NCBI GenBank assembly: GCA_964035545.1
Contig: OZ037766.1
Span: 30,804,773 to 30,868,772 of the forward strand
Reading direction: 5' to 3'
Origin: Bugula neritina
Lineage: Eukaryota; Animalia; Bryozoa
DNA: 64,000 nt
Shown here: piece after piece, positions 12,749 to 27,800 of the stretch
Numbering within the stretch: position 1 is the first letter of the stretch
How the letters are laid out: every line of letters begins with the position of its first letter
The notes under the pieces: model-generated
What the model saw: only the letters and a program-made list of their open reading frames with translations
Databases searched by the model: none
What the model was told of the DNA's origin: nothing
Position numbers and translations under genes: made by a program

Positions 12749-14583
12749 GATTAACAATTAGTAACACTTACATTGCCAGAGTCAAATGTATAAGTCTGCT
12801 TTGCATGGAGCAGAAACACAAAGATCCAATACCGGAGATATTGTAATTTCTTTTGATGCTCAATGTAACACTCTATTGATTGTACTGATATTGAACTAAT
12901 AGTCCTGGTGTGAAATAATTAAATTGTATGAATAACTTATTGATACTTATTGCATTTAGAAATGAAATAAATTATTTTCAGCACAATTATGAAATTTGTA
13001 CGAGTTTATTAACCAAAATAGCTTCTCTTCAACGTAAATTACTCTTCATTCTGTAGGAGAAATTTAGCTTTCAAAATGTTCTTAAATTTTGTTAAACTTG
13101 CCCAAATTATATTTGCTACAATATGATTTCAAATTTCAATGGCTTTGTAAAAACTAGCATAAAATATGTTTCCAGTGTGCACACTCTGCCAGAATTATAG
13201 TATATATAATTCATAGCATACTATAAGATTAATCAACATTTTTGATTTTAATTGTTATCAGGAAATAGGAAGTAGGTAGGATATGGTTAAACCATTAAAA
13301 GGCTTGGTGGTGTTGTTAAGCAAATTAAAACATTTAATTACTCCTGTTTTGAGGGTTCTATTATAGGAGTGTATTTTGTAAATGACAGATATTTGTTCTC
13401 ATTGCATAAGAGCTTGACTGCATGAGCTGGCACATATTACATTATCGTTCAATTTTATAGTCAATAAGTTAGCACATGTCCAAATGCAATTCAATACATG
13501 GGCAAATAGGGTTTTCCTAATAGACTGCATTGTGTTATCTACTTCACTTATATCTAATCTATATCATAACAACACATGAAGCTACTATAATAATAAAATA
13601 AAATGCTTGAATCTAATATTATAGTTGGTAAAATTTTGTAGTATTCAATATTGTGTATGGGCATATATTTTTAGAATTTGTAAAAGCTGTTACAAAATCC
13701 AACATCTCCTAACATAAGGATGACTAATGGAAACATTTAAAATAATTAATGCAATTTGCTTGTTTAATAATTATGCAACTTGTTTTGGTGATTAGCATGC
13801 ATGTTTACTACTAAAGATAGCCAACTGTAGATAAACAATTTCATTAAAACTTTAAACAGCAATATGTTATAGTATAAGCTAAGGATTCTATATGCTTTTC
13901 ACATGTAATAAATGTTATTCTCACACAAATGTTTTATAGTTGGTCTAGCAGTGAGCACAATATGCAACTATATATGTGTTGATAGCACTCAGTTTGAAGT
14001 TGAATGTGATAAGAAGTGGTACTTGTAACTTGCATGTTATATAATTGTAAGTTAGTGCACTCTACTATAAGACAGCCAGAGGACGTAACGCAAATTCTAT
14101 GAAGAGCAGCTCTATAGAAGTTTACTCTATAGTAGAGAAAGTGAATTAGGAGAAGGAGGATAAATAATAGCTCAATTTTAGCAAGCTAAAGTCAGCCTCA
14201 GTTAACCATTCAAGCTCAGTTTGAACTTTTATTTGATAAAGCTGTCATCCTTAGCTATATTCTCAGACTCTGTAATAAAGGCGCTGGTTTTGAGATATAT
14301 TTCTTTGCCTTGTATTTATTTTTGATTTTAATAGACCATTCAACTACCCAGCCTTATAGTTTGATCACATTTTATGCCAAGAACTCTGAAAATTTTATAC
14401 AACTTCTTAGAACCATTCTGGACAGTCTTCAAAAAGGATTTCACTTTCTTAAACGCTATAGCAGGTTATAGTATAGTATATATATCTTGTTATCAATAAA
14501 TGTTGCAATATTTTCTAATTGCTTGTGTGGGAAACTAATAAATATATATATTGTGTATCATATTTTTAGACTGACCTGTAGTC

Positions 14584-16906
14584 ATGACCTTTGTGAGCAA
14601 ACTTCGAGAGGAGTTTTCCAGACAGAAACTTCTGTTTGGTGGATGTGATAAGAGCTGCATGTACAAACCGAGGGTAAGTCTGTAAATGTCAGTTGTATGC
14701 AGTTATGTGTATATTCCTGAGGTAAGCTAAGGCTTTACTACTGTGTAATTACACACTACTATATGATAATGTATAGTATATAATGCAAGTAGTAAGCATC
14801 TGTGTTCGCAGTACATACTGCAATAGAATCTATTATTTATACATGTATATATATAATGTTGATACATTAAATTTTTTTAACTATAAAGTATAAAGTCTAT
14901 TTGAATTAAATGTGGCCAAAAGATATATAGGCATTACAAAAATCAAGTTTTCATGTTTTACTATCCAAACTAAAGCTATCAATATAGCAACTTTGAAGAC
15001 AATAGCTAGTTGGATCTAGAAACTGTTTTCTGTTGTTTTTAGAACTTCTTTCTATAATAGAATAGTTTTGTTGTTTCTAGCTGTTTAGTTCACCCATTCC
15101 CCTGGCTATATACAGATGTATTGCCTTTATCTTCTCTCTAAGTGTCATCATTGGACAAGAGTCTACTGCAGAAATTCTAGGGTTTAACTTCTACTTCTTT
15201 ACTATATGGAGTTTCCTGATCATTATTTTATACTTTCTATTCGCCAGCGTCACAAGGTGAGGGAGATTGTTTTATTCTTTAAATTAATTATATATATAAT
15301 TATTGTAATAGCATGAATATCAGAATTGAGAAGCAGTCGTGGTCTAGAGGTTAGAGCACTGGCTTAGTAAAGCTCGAACCCCAGTATAAAGATCATTATT
15401 GGTGATGTCAAGAAGACATTCAATTATAATTGCTCCTGTGCCACATGCGAATAACTGTTTAGCCTCTTTCAAAACTTCCCTTTCCATCATCTCGGTTTCT
15501 CACAGGGATAGTGACTATAACTTTCTTGGTTAGTTAAATCAAATTAGAGTTTTGAATTTAAAATTTCAACTTACTTTAAAACTAGCAGTAGGATGAAATA
15601 CACAAGTGAAGGATTATTACGTTAGTTGTAAAATAGTTATTATTGTGACCAGTTATTTGTGTTTCTTGATCATTTAAAACCTCACATATATTTTAGTGGA
15701 ATAAATATCTACGGAGACTGGAAAAATGAAGGAATGCAGGTGGGATGTCTTTGCTGCTGCTACAATTAGCATACACATAACTTTTATTGATAGTAATACC
15801 AACTATATATAGACTGCAACAGTAGCACCGTATTAAACACTATGCAGTTGCTATATCTCTGCCAAGTGCAGATTTGATGACTACTTGAGACTTGCATGTG
15901 TAATCTTTTAGCTTCTACTTTGTGAATAGGTAATAAAACTACATATATTATACTTGAACTAGTCAAGTTTAGGCTAAGTATGGAAAACCCATTTGCAATA
16001 AACAGTGTTACTATTATGAATAGCTCACATCACCACTTAAGTATAATATACATAGTACTATCAATATATCTAAAACTACTATAGATTAACAAGACTATAG
16101 CTTGCAATAAGAAAACTGCATGACAAATTAAATTGATGAGCTTTATAAAAAAAGCTTTTCTTTTAAAATTAAAGGTAAAATGCCACAGTAGATTTGTATA
16201 GCCCAGCCTTGCTTGGCTTTTTGTCATTATGTGATGTGAATAAAATAATATGCTTTGCTTTAGCCCCTGGTTATGGTAGTGAACTGGTGATGAAATTGTA
16301 AAGAAAGCAAGCCGCATACTTTGGGCCATGATAAAACTTTGTGCACACACTTATAAATTCTCAGAGAAACAGTGTTTACAGCTAGCCTAGCAACTCCATG
16401 ATGTATGCAATAACTTGCTCTTGTAGGTGGCAGGCATTAATGAGATTCCACCTCTACCATGGTACATGAAGGTTCAGTGGATACTCTACAACATTGCTCT
16501 ACCAACCTCTGTAGTGGTAACTCTAGCCTACTGGACAGCGCTATACAATCCTGATGAAGCAGTTTTAAGCTTTGGAAATATTTCTACTCACGCTGCCAAT
16601 TTAGTGCTGATGCTGATAGAAGAATACTGTTCTAGGATGCCAACCAGGATCCTGCACCTTTACCAACCAATCATCTACTGTGTTATTTATGCAGCTTTTA
16701 ATGTCAGTGTTTGGGGCATTTCTCAGTTGGTCATCTACAGTATTTTTGATTGGACGAGCAGTCCTGGATTTGCTGCAGGATTACTGATTGCAATGTTAGT
16801 TGGATACGGGATTGTTCAATTTTTTTTGTTTGCAATTTACTTTCTTTTATACAAATATTTTGAAAGTGTGACTCCAGTGCTAAACAGAGATGTACCATTA
16901 CAGTGA
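14584..16906 (+). CDS. Rolling stone-like / FAR-17a-AIG1 family multipass membrane protein, copy A (~262 aa)
   Basis: Exons 14584-14673, 15081-15256, 15697-15739, 16427-16906 with consistent phases. Motifs FFTIWSF, WYMKVQWILYNIA..VVTLAYW, STHAAN..LMLIE, P.RILHLYQP, IYSIFDW.SP. About six hydrophobic segments. Confidence 0.88.
15331..15525 (+). mobile_element. tRNA-derived SINE (decayed)
   Basis: A-box-like TGGTCTAGAGG, B-box-like GCTCGAACC; body similar to the copies at 19526, 29695 and 36463. Confidence 0.65.
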
Positions 16907-18856
16907 AGTTAATGATTTGTGCTCTCTCATTCATTCTGCTTACACTGCTCTTCCCTCTAGTTTATTTGTATGATGCTGCCACCACTTTTAATTTTAGCAG
17001 CATTTTTTTCTATAAAGTTTGGCAAAATAAAGATGTTTTTTTTTCGATAACTTTGCCTAGCCAAGTATTCTAGTTTTGAGTTTGAAAAACTTATAGAAAA
17101 TAATGTAGCTAGCTGATGGCAAAATTCAAAATCATATACTTCCTGTAACACTACATATTGATTTTCCGGTCTTTATAGGCTAATAATTATGGTGCGAAAT
17201 GATTCAATTGTATAAATAATTTTTTTCTTGGATATTATTGCATTTAAAAAAATAAAACAAATCACTTGCCAGCATAATAATGAAACTTGTATTATTTGAT
17301 TAACTAATATAGCTTCTCCTTATTATGCATTATTTTTCACTCAATTCAATTTTCAAAAGATTTTAGGTTTTGCTCGTATTAAATTTACCAGATTATTTTG
17401 CAAGCTTTATTATTTAATGTTTACTGCAACATGGCTTCAAACTTCAATAGCTGTGTAAAAGCCAACACAAAATATGCTTCTAATGTGCACACTCTGTCAC
17501 AATAGCATGTAATTCATATTGTACTAGCTACTTAACACCTTTGATTTTGTTATCAGAATATAGGAAATAAGATAGAGTTAAACCATTAAAAGGCTTGGTG
17601 ATGCTGTGCAGTAATCTAAAACATGTTTTGGTTACTTCTGTTTTTAAGGTTCTATAAGAAGTGTGTTTTGTAAATGATGGATAAATAATTTCTCTAACAT
17701 GCTCCATCATTGTTTGATTTTATATAAGTCAATGTTAGCACAAGTCTGAATATTATTTATTGCCTAAATCATGTGCTTCATACTGATTTTCTACACTTTA
17801 CCTAAATCTCATGTATATTACCATTGTCATGACAATACATTAAACTGCTAGGTAGTGTGGTGATAAAATGTTTTAATCCAGTTTTATGGTATAGCACTCT
17901 GCATCAGTTAATAATATGAGTATATTTTTAGAATGTGTTATAAAAACTGTTGCAACAACTAACATTTTTTAACAAACAAATAATTAAGAGAAACAATAAA
18001 AAAATCTAACAGACTTTGTTTGATATGCATAGGCTTTGTTTTGATGATTTTATAACATTATTACTAGTAATTAGTCAATTGCAAATAGTAAACTGTAAAA
18101 AAATTGTTTTACTATGCTGGAAGTTACAACAGCTAGCAATATGTAGTATATATAAGCTAAGAACGAAATGCTTTTCAAGTGCAATATATATCCTATATGC
18201 CCACGCGTACTGGTTTAAATAGACCACTTCATATACATAGTTGGCCTGGCGTTGAACATAATTATAGCCTACAGTTATGCTTTAACAATACTGATTTTGG
18301 AGTTAAGTGTGATAAGGAGTGGTACTTGAAAATTGTAACTTTATTTGGTAGTTATAATGTCTCAGCTGATACACGTGGAAGTTTATTATAAAATAGAAAT
18401 GGTAATAGACATTGGCTAAATGATAGCTGGCTTTAACAGTTTAGCTGTTGAGCTGCACAGCTAAAATCATCCTTAGCTAATCATTCAAGTTTAGCTTGAA
18501 TTTTTTGCTGTTATATAGCTATTTCCCTTGAAACCGCAATAAAAGTTCAAGTTTTGAGAGCATTTCAATATTTAAATTTTAGTCTTCACCCTTGAGTCAT
18601 CTCTGATTTTACCTGGTTTTACACTTGCCTTCAGCTTGACAAAGACCTATACTTAAAGCACTGGTAACCCTATAGAACTCTTTAGAAGCTTTCTGGTGGC
18701 CTTCAAAGAAGAGGTGTGATTCCGAACAGCAATCAAGGTATAATAATTATAGTTATATAACCTTGTCAATAAATATTATGATGTTTTCTAACTGTTGGTT
18801 TGAGTCATGCATCAACAAAAATAATATGTATTGTTTTTTCAGACTGAGTTATAGTC

Positions 18857-21378
18857 ATGTCTTTTGTGAGCAAACTTAAAGAGGAGTTTTCCAGACAGAA
18901 ACTTCTGTTTAAAGAATGTGATGAGAACTGCATGTACAAACCGAGAGTAAGTATGTAAAAACCAGTCATTTGTGTTGTATATATGCATTATATTCCTCCG
19001 GTAAGTCAGAGTATTGTAACTGTGTATCTACACTATCAGGGTAGGGCAATATGTACATACTACCAGAGAGTAGCTGTATGTACGCCCTGTAAACTGATCT
19101 ATTACTATATGTTGATTTGTTAGCTGTTTTAATTGAAAAAATGAAATTAAAATTAATTATATAAAATGTGGTATATTCTATGGCTTATAAAAATCAACTT
19201 TATGTTACTGAATTCAAGCTATCAATAGTAACTTCAAAAGTAACAGTTTTTGACTGTTTTTTTAAACTGTTCTCAAATGGAAAGAATTTTGTTCTTCAGT
19301 TTTTTAGTTCACCCATTCCCCTGGGTATATACAGATGTGTTGCCTTTATCTTCTCTCTAATTGTCATCATCGTGATGGAATCAACTACAGACACACCAGG
19401 GTTCAACTTCTACTACTTCACTATATGGAGCTTTTTGATTGTTGTGATGTACTTTCTAATTGCAACTCTTACAAGGTAAGCTATGCAGTAACATATATAA
19501 TAGCACTTATACACTTACACTAATGAAGTAGCTGTGGTACAGAGATTAGGGTGTTTGGCTAGTAAACAGGAAGTCGTGGGTTTGAGCCCCAGTAAAGGCC
19601 ATTGACGATGTTAGAAAGAGCTCATGTGACACATAGATAAGTAAGTCCTACAAAGTCCGGCTTTAAAAAAACTCTTTCCATCAGAGGTTTTTCAAAGGAA
19701 TGGCACCATAAACTTGCGTGAGGTTTTTTTATGCGAGATGAGAAATACACAGTTGAAGAATAATTGCAGTCATAGTTATTTGTTATAAACATGGTTGTTA
19801 TATTAACTTATATGTGTATTTAACAGTTTTATCTATAGTCAAGAATTGTATTTCATACTCTAAAGGTGCCTTTACACTTTCTATTTTGTACAAATTACTA
19901 GTTGCGGTTAATTCAATTCAACTCAACTTATCAACCCCCTTTTTTATCGCTTTGCTAAAATGTATTGAAATCATATTAATGCATAGGATCAATGTCTATA
20001 AATGGTAATGCAAAAATAGCCTAATAGTTACTTGATGCTTCTTAAAAATTTAGCAAATTAGATTTTTGATACTAATAGTAACTAATAGGTTTGAGAAATT
20101 TGAAATTTATACGTAAATTGACTTTGACCACGTATATCTTCACAAGATGAAAATGTTTGCAGTTGACTTTAGAAGGCAAGACAAAAATAAGCTTTTTGAT
20201 TTAAAATCACGAATGTGTAAAAGTAACTTTTGAATTTTATCATGTTTTAGTGGAATCAATATCTACAAAGACTGGAAGTTTGAGGAAACACAGGTGAGAT
20301 ATTATTGTTACCACAATTGTTACTGTTACTACTATAACAAGCCTACATGTAATTTATATTGGTAGTATTATTAAAAACAGTTGTAACACATCACACTATA
20401 CAGTTGCTATATCACTGTTGAAAGTAGATTAAATGAGCTCTTGAGACTTACATAAACTTTTAGTTTTTATATTTCATATGGTAAATGGGCAATAAAAATT
20501 ATATCATACTTAAACCAGTCAAGGGTAAAAAAGTATACTAAACCAACTTAAAATAGGCATGTTTATAAAGCTTATATATAAATTAAATCAATGAATTTAA
20601 AGGATTCCACAGTGGTAATGTATAGCACGACTTTACTTGTTGGTAATATCTAGATTTTATGTCATAATATATTGTAGATTAACTCCAATGTTTATTGTTT
20701 AAGTCACTATTTATGGTAGTGAATTGGTAACAGAATTGATATGGAAGTAAGCTGTAACCTTGTTGCTGTGTTATTCAATACTTTAAATTGTAATAAATAT
20801 TTGCACATCTCTTACTTCATTCACACCCAACAAGATATTTACAGCTCAGTGAATATAAAACATACAGTAACTTTATAACGTAGTAATTTTCTTTGTAGGT
20901 GACAGGCATTAATGAGATTCCACCTCTGCCATGGTACATGAAGGTTCAGTGGATACTGTACAACATTGCTCTACCAACCTCTGTAGTGGTAACTCTAGCT
21001 TACTGGATTCTTCTCTACAAACCTGGTGAATCAGTTCTAAACTTTGGAAATATTTCTACTCACACTGCCAATGTAGTGCTGATGCTGATAGAAGAATACT
21101 GTTCTAGGATGCCAACCAGGATCTTGCACCTGTACCAACCAATCATCTACTGTGTTATTTATGGAGTCTTTAACATCAGTGTTTGGGGAGCTTCCAATCT
21201 GGTCATCTACAGCATATTTGATTGGACGAGTAGTCCTGGATTTGCAGCAGGAATGCTGGTTGCAACTTTATTAGCTTATGTAGTTGTTCACCTTTTTGTG
21301 TTTGGGACTTACTTAATTCTACAAAAGTTATCCGAAAGAGGAACTCCAGTGATCAACATAGATTTTCCTTTACAGTAA
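18857..21378 (+). CDS. Rolling stone-like / FAR-17a-AIG1 family multipass membrane protein, copy B (~262 aa)
   Basis: Exons 18857-18946, 19300-19475, 20251-20293, 20899-21378; identical exon lengths and phases to copy A; YFTIWSF and STHTAN motifs. Confidence 0.88.
19526..19716 (+). mobile_element. tRNA-derived SINE (decayed)
   Basis: GCTGTGGTACAGAGATTAGG..CTAGTAAACA..GTCGTGGGTTTGAGCCCC..AAAGGCCATT..GATGTTAGAAAGAGC; same intron as the SINE in copy A. Confidence 0.65.
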
Positions 21379-21873
21379 AGTGAATGCTTCAAAGTTATCT
21401 ATTTTATTATGCTGACGCTACACACCCTTCTAATCTATTATTACACTGCTGACACATCAGTTTTAATTATGGCAGCACTCTAATAAGTCAGCAATTTCTA
21501 GTATATATAAAGCTTATACAAATAAAAATGTTTTTGATAACGATACCTAGCCAAACATTTTAGTTTTGACTTTGTATAGAGCTCATAGAAAGTCAAGTAA
21601 ACTGATTATGGCAAAATTTAAATTCTAACGGATTTATGCATTTTCATTACAGCTACATATATACAGCAAGACTCTCTGTAGAGCAGTCAGTTCAACTTTG
21701 CACTAACAATAAAAATTGCTCAATTACCTCTGAGTTGATCATACTTATGTGCAACAATGAAAATTTATGCTCTACAAGACAAATATTACATTAAATATAT
21801 TGCATATACAATCAGATATGCATAGATACATAAATCATGCACTTTAAATTTACTGTAAAAGATAATACCACCG

Positions 21874-24800
21874 ATGCTTCACTGTCTACAGAAAGCAAAA
21901 GTTATTTTTTTCATTTTGATAGCAGTTCCAAATCACATTGGTGGTAAGTTTGGGAAAATGAAATTTTTTTGTAAAATGCGGAATTTCTTGGAACAAAAAA
22001 GCACTGTAATTGATACTATGTTTTGCTGATTTATTATCAAGCAATGCCACTGCCAACATTTTGCTGGTAAAAACCGATAGATTTGTAAGTTACAATTTTG
22101 TTGAACTTTATGTTCACTTTTGTTTTCTAGTCAATATGAAATTATTATTTTTGTAGAATTTGTTGATATTCATTTGACTTCTTTTGAAACTGAGCAAGTT
22201 ACTGTAAGCTAGCTACACAATTTTTTCAAGCATTACAATAAAGAAGAAAATTTAGAAAAAAATTTAACATTGTTTTTTAAATTTACATCAAATGCATATA
22301 ATACCTTGTTGTTTGTCATCAAATCAAGTGCCTTTGTGAAACCTCACTACACAGTTGTTTCGTAAAACTAGATAGTATAAAATGTTTGTTGATTATTTCA
22401 TACACACACACACACATATATATATTCAGGAGATTCAGAATGCCCCAGATTCTACAGCTCTAAAGGAAATTGTTTGAGTAGCTGTAGGAAAAGCAAGCTC
22501 AATTATAATTTAGCCACTAATAAATACTACTACAACACTGAAGATGTCTACCAACACATGGGAAAACACTGCCTATCACAGTGTCCGAGTAAGTGTAACT
22601 ATTTATAAAACCTTTTGATCAGTTACTTTTGGTTGCCTTCAAAATTCGCAATCGACACTTTTTGAAATCTGCTATATTTAGTTACTGCCAACAGTTGCAG
22701 AAAAGGAACTTGTGACTCATGTATTTAATATAAACAAGTAAATATTAAGTTAATTGATTTTGCCACCTAGAAAGGTGCATAGTGCATTGTAAGTCAAAAT
22801 ACTAAATACAACATTTATTAATATAGAAATCACATAAACAAAACATAGTTGTGGTATGTTTTGTTTACCTGATGAGGAAAAGATGCCGAACAGTTTCCGC
22901 AAACTCACTATAACTTTATAACTTTTAGAATACAATTACGCTTGACTTCAGTTCATTCAGAAAGTTCTGACATTTCAGTATGCAGACTAGAGTGCAAAAA
23001 CTGCTGGAGGTAGTGAAAATATGCTAAGTATTATTTGCAAATTCAAATTAGTAAAATAATTTAAATAATGCTAGCTTGCTTTTGCAGGTGGTTTTTATGT
23101 GTATAAAAGAAGAAAATGTGTAGCCCAATGTCCAACAGGTTACGCAGTGTCAGATGAACAGCCGGGCCATTGCGTTAAGTGTGAAAAGTTTTGTTTTAAG
23201 TCTTGCTATTCTCAAGAAATTGATGGAGCCATTCTTCCAAACAGCACACGTTGTACCAGAGTTATAGGGGATATAATACTACCACAGGGCAAAGGTAAAC
23301 AATTGCTTATATATTTTTGTAATTAATGTCTGTAGATAATAACTGGAAATGCTAGAGGTTAGATTAGTGTAGTGTTGACTTTGCAATGCATATAATATAT
23401 TGCAATTTTGGATGATGCACAAAGTGGCTAGAACATAACTACTGTAAATCATGTAGCTGGAATGCACCAAAGGCTATTGGAATCAGTTGAAGAAATTACT
23501 GGCTCTTTGGTAATTCAGATTGGAAGTGGGCCAAGACAAACATATGCAGTTACTGCATTTCCTAACCTAAAAAGAGTGAACGGAGATGAAGTAGTATGGG
23601 AGACGACTGTTGCATGTGACCTTGTTGGAGATCACCTCTGCAACTTGTTAGTAGCTTATATAGTAGTTTACAGTATATTCAACCATATTCTCAAATAGAC
23701 TGAGTAACCCTCTTTTAACTTAATACGTTTGTAATATTGTCTTATAATATGTTCAACTTTTAATTTCCTTTTTTCCTACAAACTACTAGATGCCTTTTGC
23801 CTACATTAATTGATAATTGTTTTTCTGTAAATTTTTTAAACATTTAAACTGCAATCTATATAGTATAATAACGTTTAAATTTTCACAAGCTCCATCTATT
23901 GCACGTTAGATATTTATTACCTCATTAACTGGAAAAACCGGTTGTTGTTGTCTGCAGTGGAGGAAGAGGTTATTATAGAACTCTGGTCATTTACTCTCAG
24001 ACACAATCCAACTACTCAGGTCTTCATAATTTATGGTATGTTGGCGGCTCTGTGCAAATTAAATTCCTCAAGATCTCCCATCCTAGTAAAAGCAATATTC
24101 GTAAAACTTTACAACTTGCTGACACAGCAAATTTATATCTATCTGGATTCAGTCGTACAGGTGAATATAAAATACTTTATCTTTAAACAACTGCGACTTT
24201 GCTGCTTGACTAATACTATAATGCATTCTTTTTTCAAAGTCAATATTTTGAGGCAACATAAAGTAGCAATAAGTAGTTTAGATTGGAAAAGATTTTAATT
24301 ATCTAACTGTAAAATTTTTAACTGCGCAGATTTACGTTTAATTCTTTAACTGTTTTGAGTATAATTCTACTTCAACTTTGCTGTCTATTTTGCACAAATT
24401 TTAGCTAAAAATATAATTTAGTTTCTATTAATTTTATTTATTAAAAATATAATTATATTTAGTTTTAACACAGCTACTAATAATCAGATTAGTATATTAT
24501 TATAATTTAGAGAAAGCAAGATGTTCAGAAGAATGTGAAACAGACTGTACTGGACCTGGTGATAACCATTGTTTTTGTTGCCATGACAACAGCTGTAAAC
24601 AATGTAAAACATATAAACAAGGAGACAAGTGTGTGAAAACCTGCAGTGGTCCGCATTACATAACTACTGACAGACAGGAAATGGTTTGTACTAGCTGCCA
24701 TCCTGCTTGTAAGATTGGCTGTGCAGGCCCGGTGAGTAAATGATGACGTATTACTATATAGTGACATTTCATCGCCTGAGTTGTTTATTGTTATATAATT

Positions 24801-27800
24801 TATATTTATACTCATCCTAAATATAATTTATATTTATAATCATCTTAAGTTCATTTGTTGCATGAAGTTTTTTTTTATAAAATTACTTATCGAGTAATTG
24901 TCTTATGCTTAGTTTGACTCTTTTTGTGAAATGAACACAGGAATAAATTATGATACAAAATGATCAAGGTGAAGTTGACCACCAAATCAGGATTATGTAT
25001 ACTACGATTGATAAATATAAGGATAGTTTGCTAATGAAATTTTGTTTGTAAGAAAAATCATACCTTACACGTTGTTTTTTCAAATCTTTTCTCAAGAAAC
25101 GTCACGTTTTTTAACTACAATTCGAAGACAAAGTGTACCTGTTTTACAAAGTATTTAAATATTTTAGTTAGACACTCACTGTACAGCTTGTGACAAGTTT
25201 AGACTAAGAGAAAGGTGTGTATTGAGCTGTCCATCAAACACTGTAGCCAATGAGAATACAGGAACTTGCTTGACATGTGCAAAAGGGTGTCAGTTTGTGT
25301 AAGCTGCCTTATTACTCATTACTAAATCAGTAGCTTCATTTTATGACTTGATAGTGCAATGTTTTCTGGTGATGGTTCCAGGCTCAAATAACAGAAACAT
25401 AGTTTACAGTATTTACCTTTGCTCAGTTTCAAGTTAGTCAATTTTAACTGTCAATAAATAATGGGTAAGTTATAATTAGCATCAAAGCAATATGATGCCT
25501 GGTTTAAATGTTGTTTCTTAAAATTAAAATAAATTTCTTTCTGATTCAAAAATAGCACAGGGCTTTAACTTGTATAAGAGAAAAAATCACCTGTTTTAGG
25601 TTGTCGAAAGAAGGAATTTACATGCTAAAAATACGTGTAACAACTGATGAGATCATAACCTGGCAGCTCCAGTACCACAACCTGTGCGTTGGAAGATGTC
25701 AGCAAGTTAATTACATCGCCATGGAAACCTTTGATGATAATGGGTACAGCATACACAAACAACAGTTTGGTTTAGGTAAATATTAAACATGACTGTCAAC
25801 AGAGAAATCTGAACATAGAATCAGTTAAAACTAGAACTTGCCTAAAGTTTATAGATCATGCCATGTATGACGGAAAGCTATTGATGTGGAAGCTTCTAAT
25901 AGGATATTTCTTTAATTTTTTTAGAAAAATGGGTACCATTTGCAGTCAGTTTTCATATTAGCATCCAGAGCAAAAAGTAAAATGAGTATTTATAACATAA
26001 TAAAATACTATAAATAAGATAATGTAACATGTATGTATGTATTGCAATACTTATATGTACGTATATACAAATACATGTAAGCATCACAAGTACAGACTTG
26101 TTCAGAGAAGAACATTTCTCGACATGAATGACTAATGATAATCATTTTTATAGATGAGACATAATTAATGTAGTTTTTATTTTTCTATATTACAGTTTAC
26201 TATTTATTACTATAGCTGTTGAAATAATAAATTGTAAATAATTATTGAGTTTCTATTGAATTATTTTATTTTTTTTTCAAAAGTTTATGACAATGTAGCA
26301 TTAAAATTATCTAATTGATTTTTTTTGTTTCATTCATATTTTCAACTGTTTTTTTATCAAATCTGTAAAAATTATATTTAAACATAAATGTTTTACAGCA
26401 TTATTGATTAAGATATTAGCCTATTGTGACGAAAAGCATGTGAACTCATAAAATGCATATGTTTTAGATGCTAATTTTAATTTTTACACAAGTAATATTT
26501 ATGATATACATATATAATTATCTGATTTTACCTTATTCTAGATATTTTACACTATTTTTTGTATTTCTATAGACAACACAGGCTTCAACTTGAGACACCC
26601 AAGTTTTAACATCAGAGGAGAAAGGCTTATGCATGCCAGAGTTGTCATCTCGTTGGGAAATCCAGAACAGACTCAGGTGGACAATCCGGTTTATTTCTAC
26701 TTTTCAGGTATAAACAATACTTATTCTACATACTGTGTATTTCGTATATATGATGTTTATAGTATTTATGTTGCAATGAGATAATATATGAGGTAATATG
26801 GGATAGTATTTAAGTTGATGTGAGTTAATATGAGATAATATGAGATAGTATGAAATAGTATGAGATAATATGAGATAGTATGAGATAATATGAGATAGTA
26901 AGAGATAGTAAGAGATAGTATGAGATAGTATGAGATAATATGAGATAGTAAGAGATAGTATGAGATAGTATGAGATAATATGAGATAGTATGAGATAATA
27001 TGAGATAATATGAGATAGTATGAAATAGTATGAAATAATATGAGATAGTATGAGATAGTATGAGATAATATGAGATAGTATGAGATAATATGAGATAGTA
27101 TGAGATAATATGAGATAGCATGATATAGTATGAGATAATATGAGATAGTATGAGATAGTATGAGATAGTATGAGATAATATGAGATAGCATGAGATAGTA
27201 TGAGATAATATGAGATAGTATGAGACACTATAAAGTAAAACAAATATAATCTATGTTATGTATACATATTGCGTTGCAATTACCTATAATATATTATTGC
27301 AAAAGCAAAAAGTGACATTAGGTTAGATTAAGTTATTACAGTTTCATTGAATACTTTGAATAGGAATTTACAAAATATTTGTGTAAAGTACAAATGGGTA
27401 TACCTGTCTATAGTTTATCTTTCAACAGTAAGATATATATAATAACCATTAAAATAGGAAGAAATAAAATAACATCTGCTTATTACAAACAATATACTAT
27501 AGTTCTAATATTTATAATATATTATGAATTACATGATATTAAATGAAAAAATATTTTTGCGTCATGGAAATTACATATTTGCATCGTGAGTTAATTGTTT
27601 CCTCATGAAAGATTACCTGTTAGTTTCTAGGGATGTGTTTATTAAATCAACTGTTTTATTCGTTATTTCAGTTATTTATAGACTTAAAAGTCCCTATATA
27701 TTATATTCTCTTTCTAACACATGCAGGTAAAAAACTGCTTATTGAACCTGGGAGTTTTAGTGCGAAGGTTTTAGCTGCCAACTCAATTAATGTTGCGTTT

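Larger units (their letters stand above)
12890..21630 (+). repeat. Old tandem duplication (~4.3 kb unit, junction ~17175) carrying the two rolling-stone-like genes
   Basis: Alignable non-coding blocks, e.g. 13290 AAACCATTAAAAGGCTTGGTG vs 17580 AAACCATTAAAAGGCTTGGTG; matching 3' ends at ~17030-17130 and ~21520-21625. Boundaries approximate. Confidence 0.8.

Noticed and set aside
15331-15385. tRNA gene
   Set aside because: A/B-box-like head cannot form a full cloverleaf and continues into a repeated SINE body.
23942-24298. ORF-track proteins MLLSAVEEEVIIELW.. (and 35327-35602)
   Set aside because: Wrong frame; splice phases put the real exon in the frame GGRGYYRTLVIYSQ..GLHNLWYVGG, which completes the L domain.
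26704-27243. Long minus-strand ORFs of ISYYLILSHT repeats (also 34158-34757 and 38303-38972)
   Set aside because: Translations of the 10-bp minisatellite; open in several frames and lying in introns of plus-strand genes.
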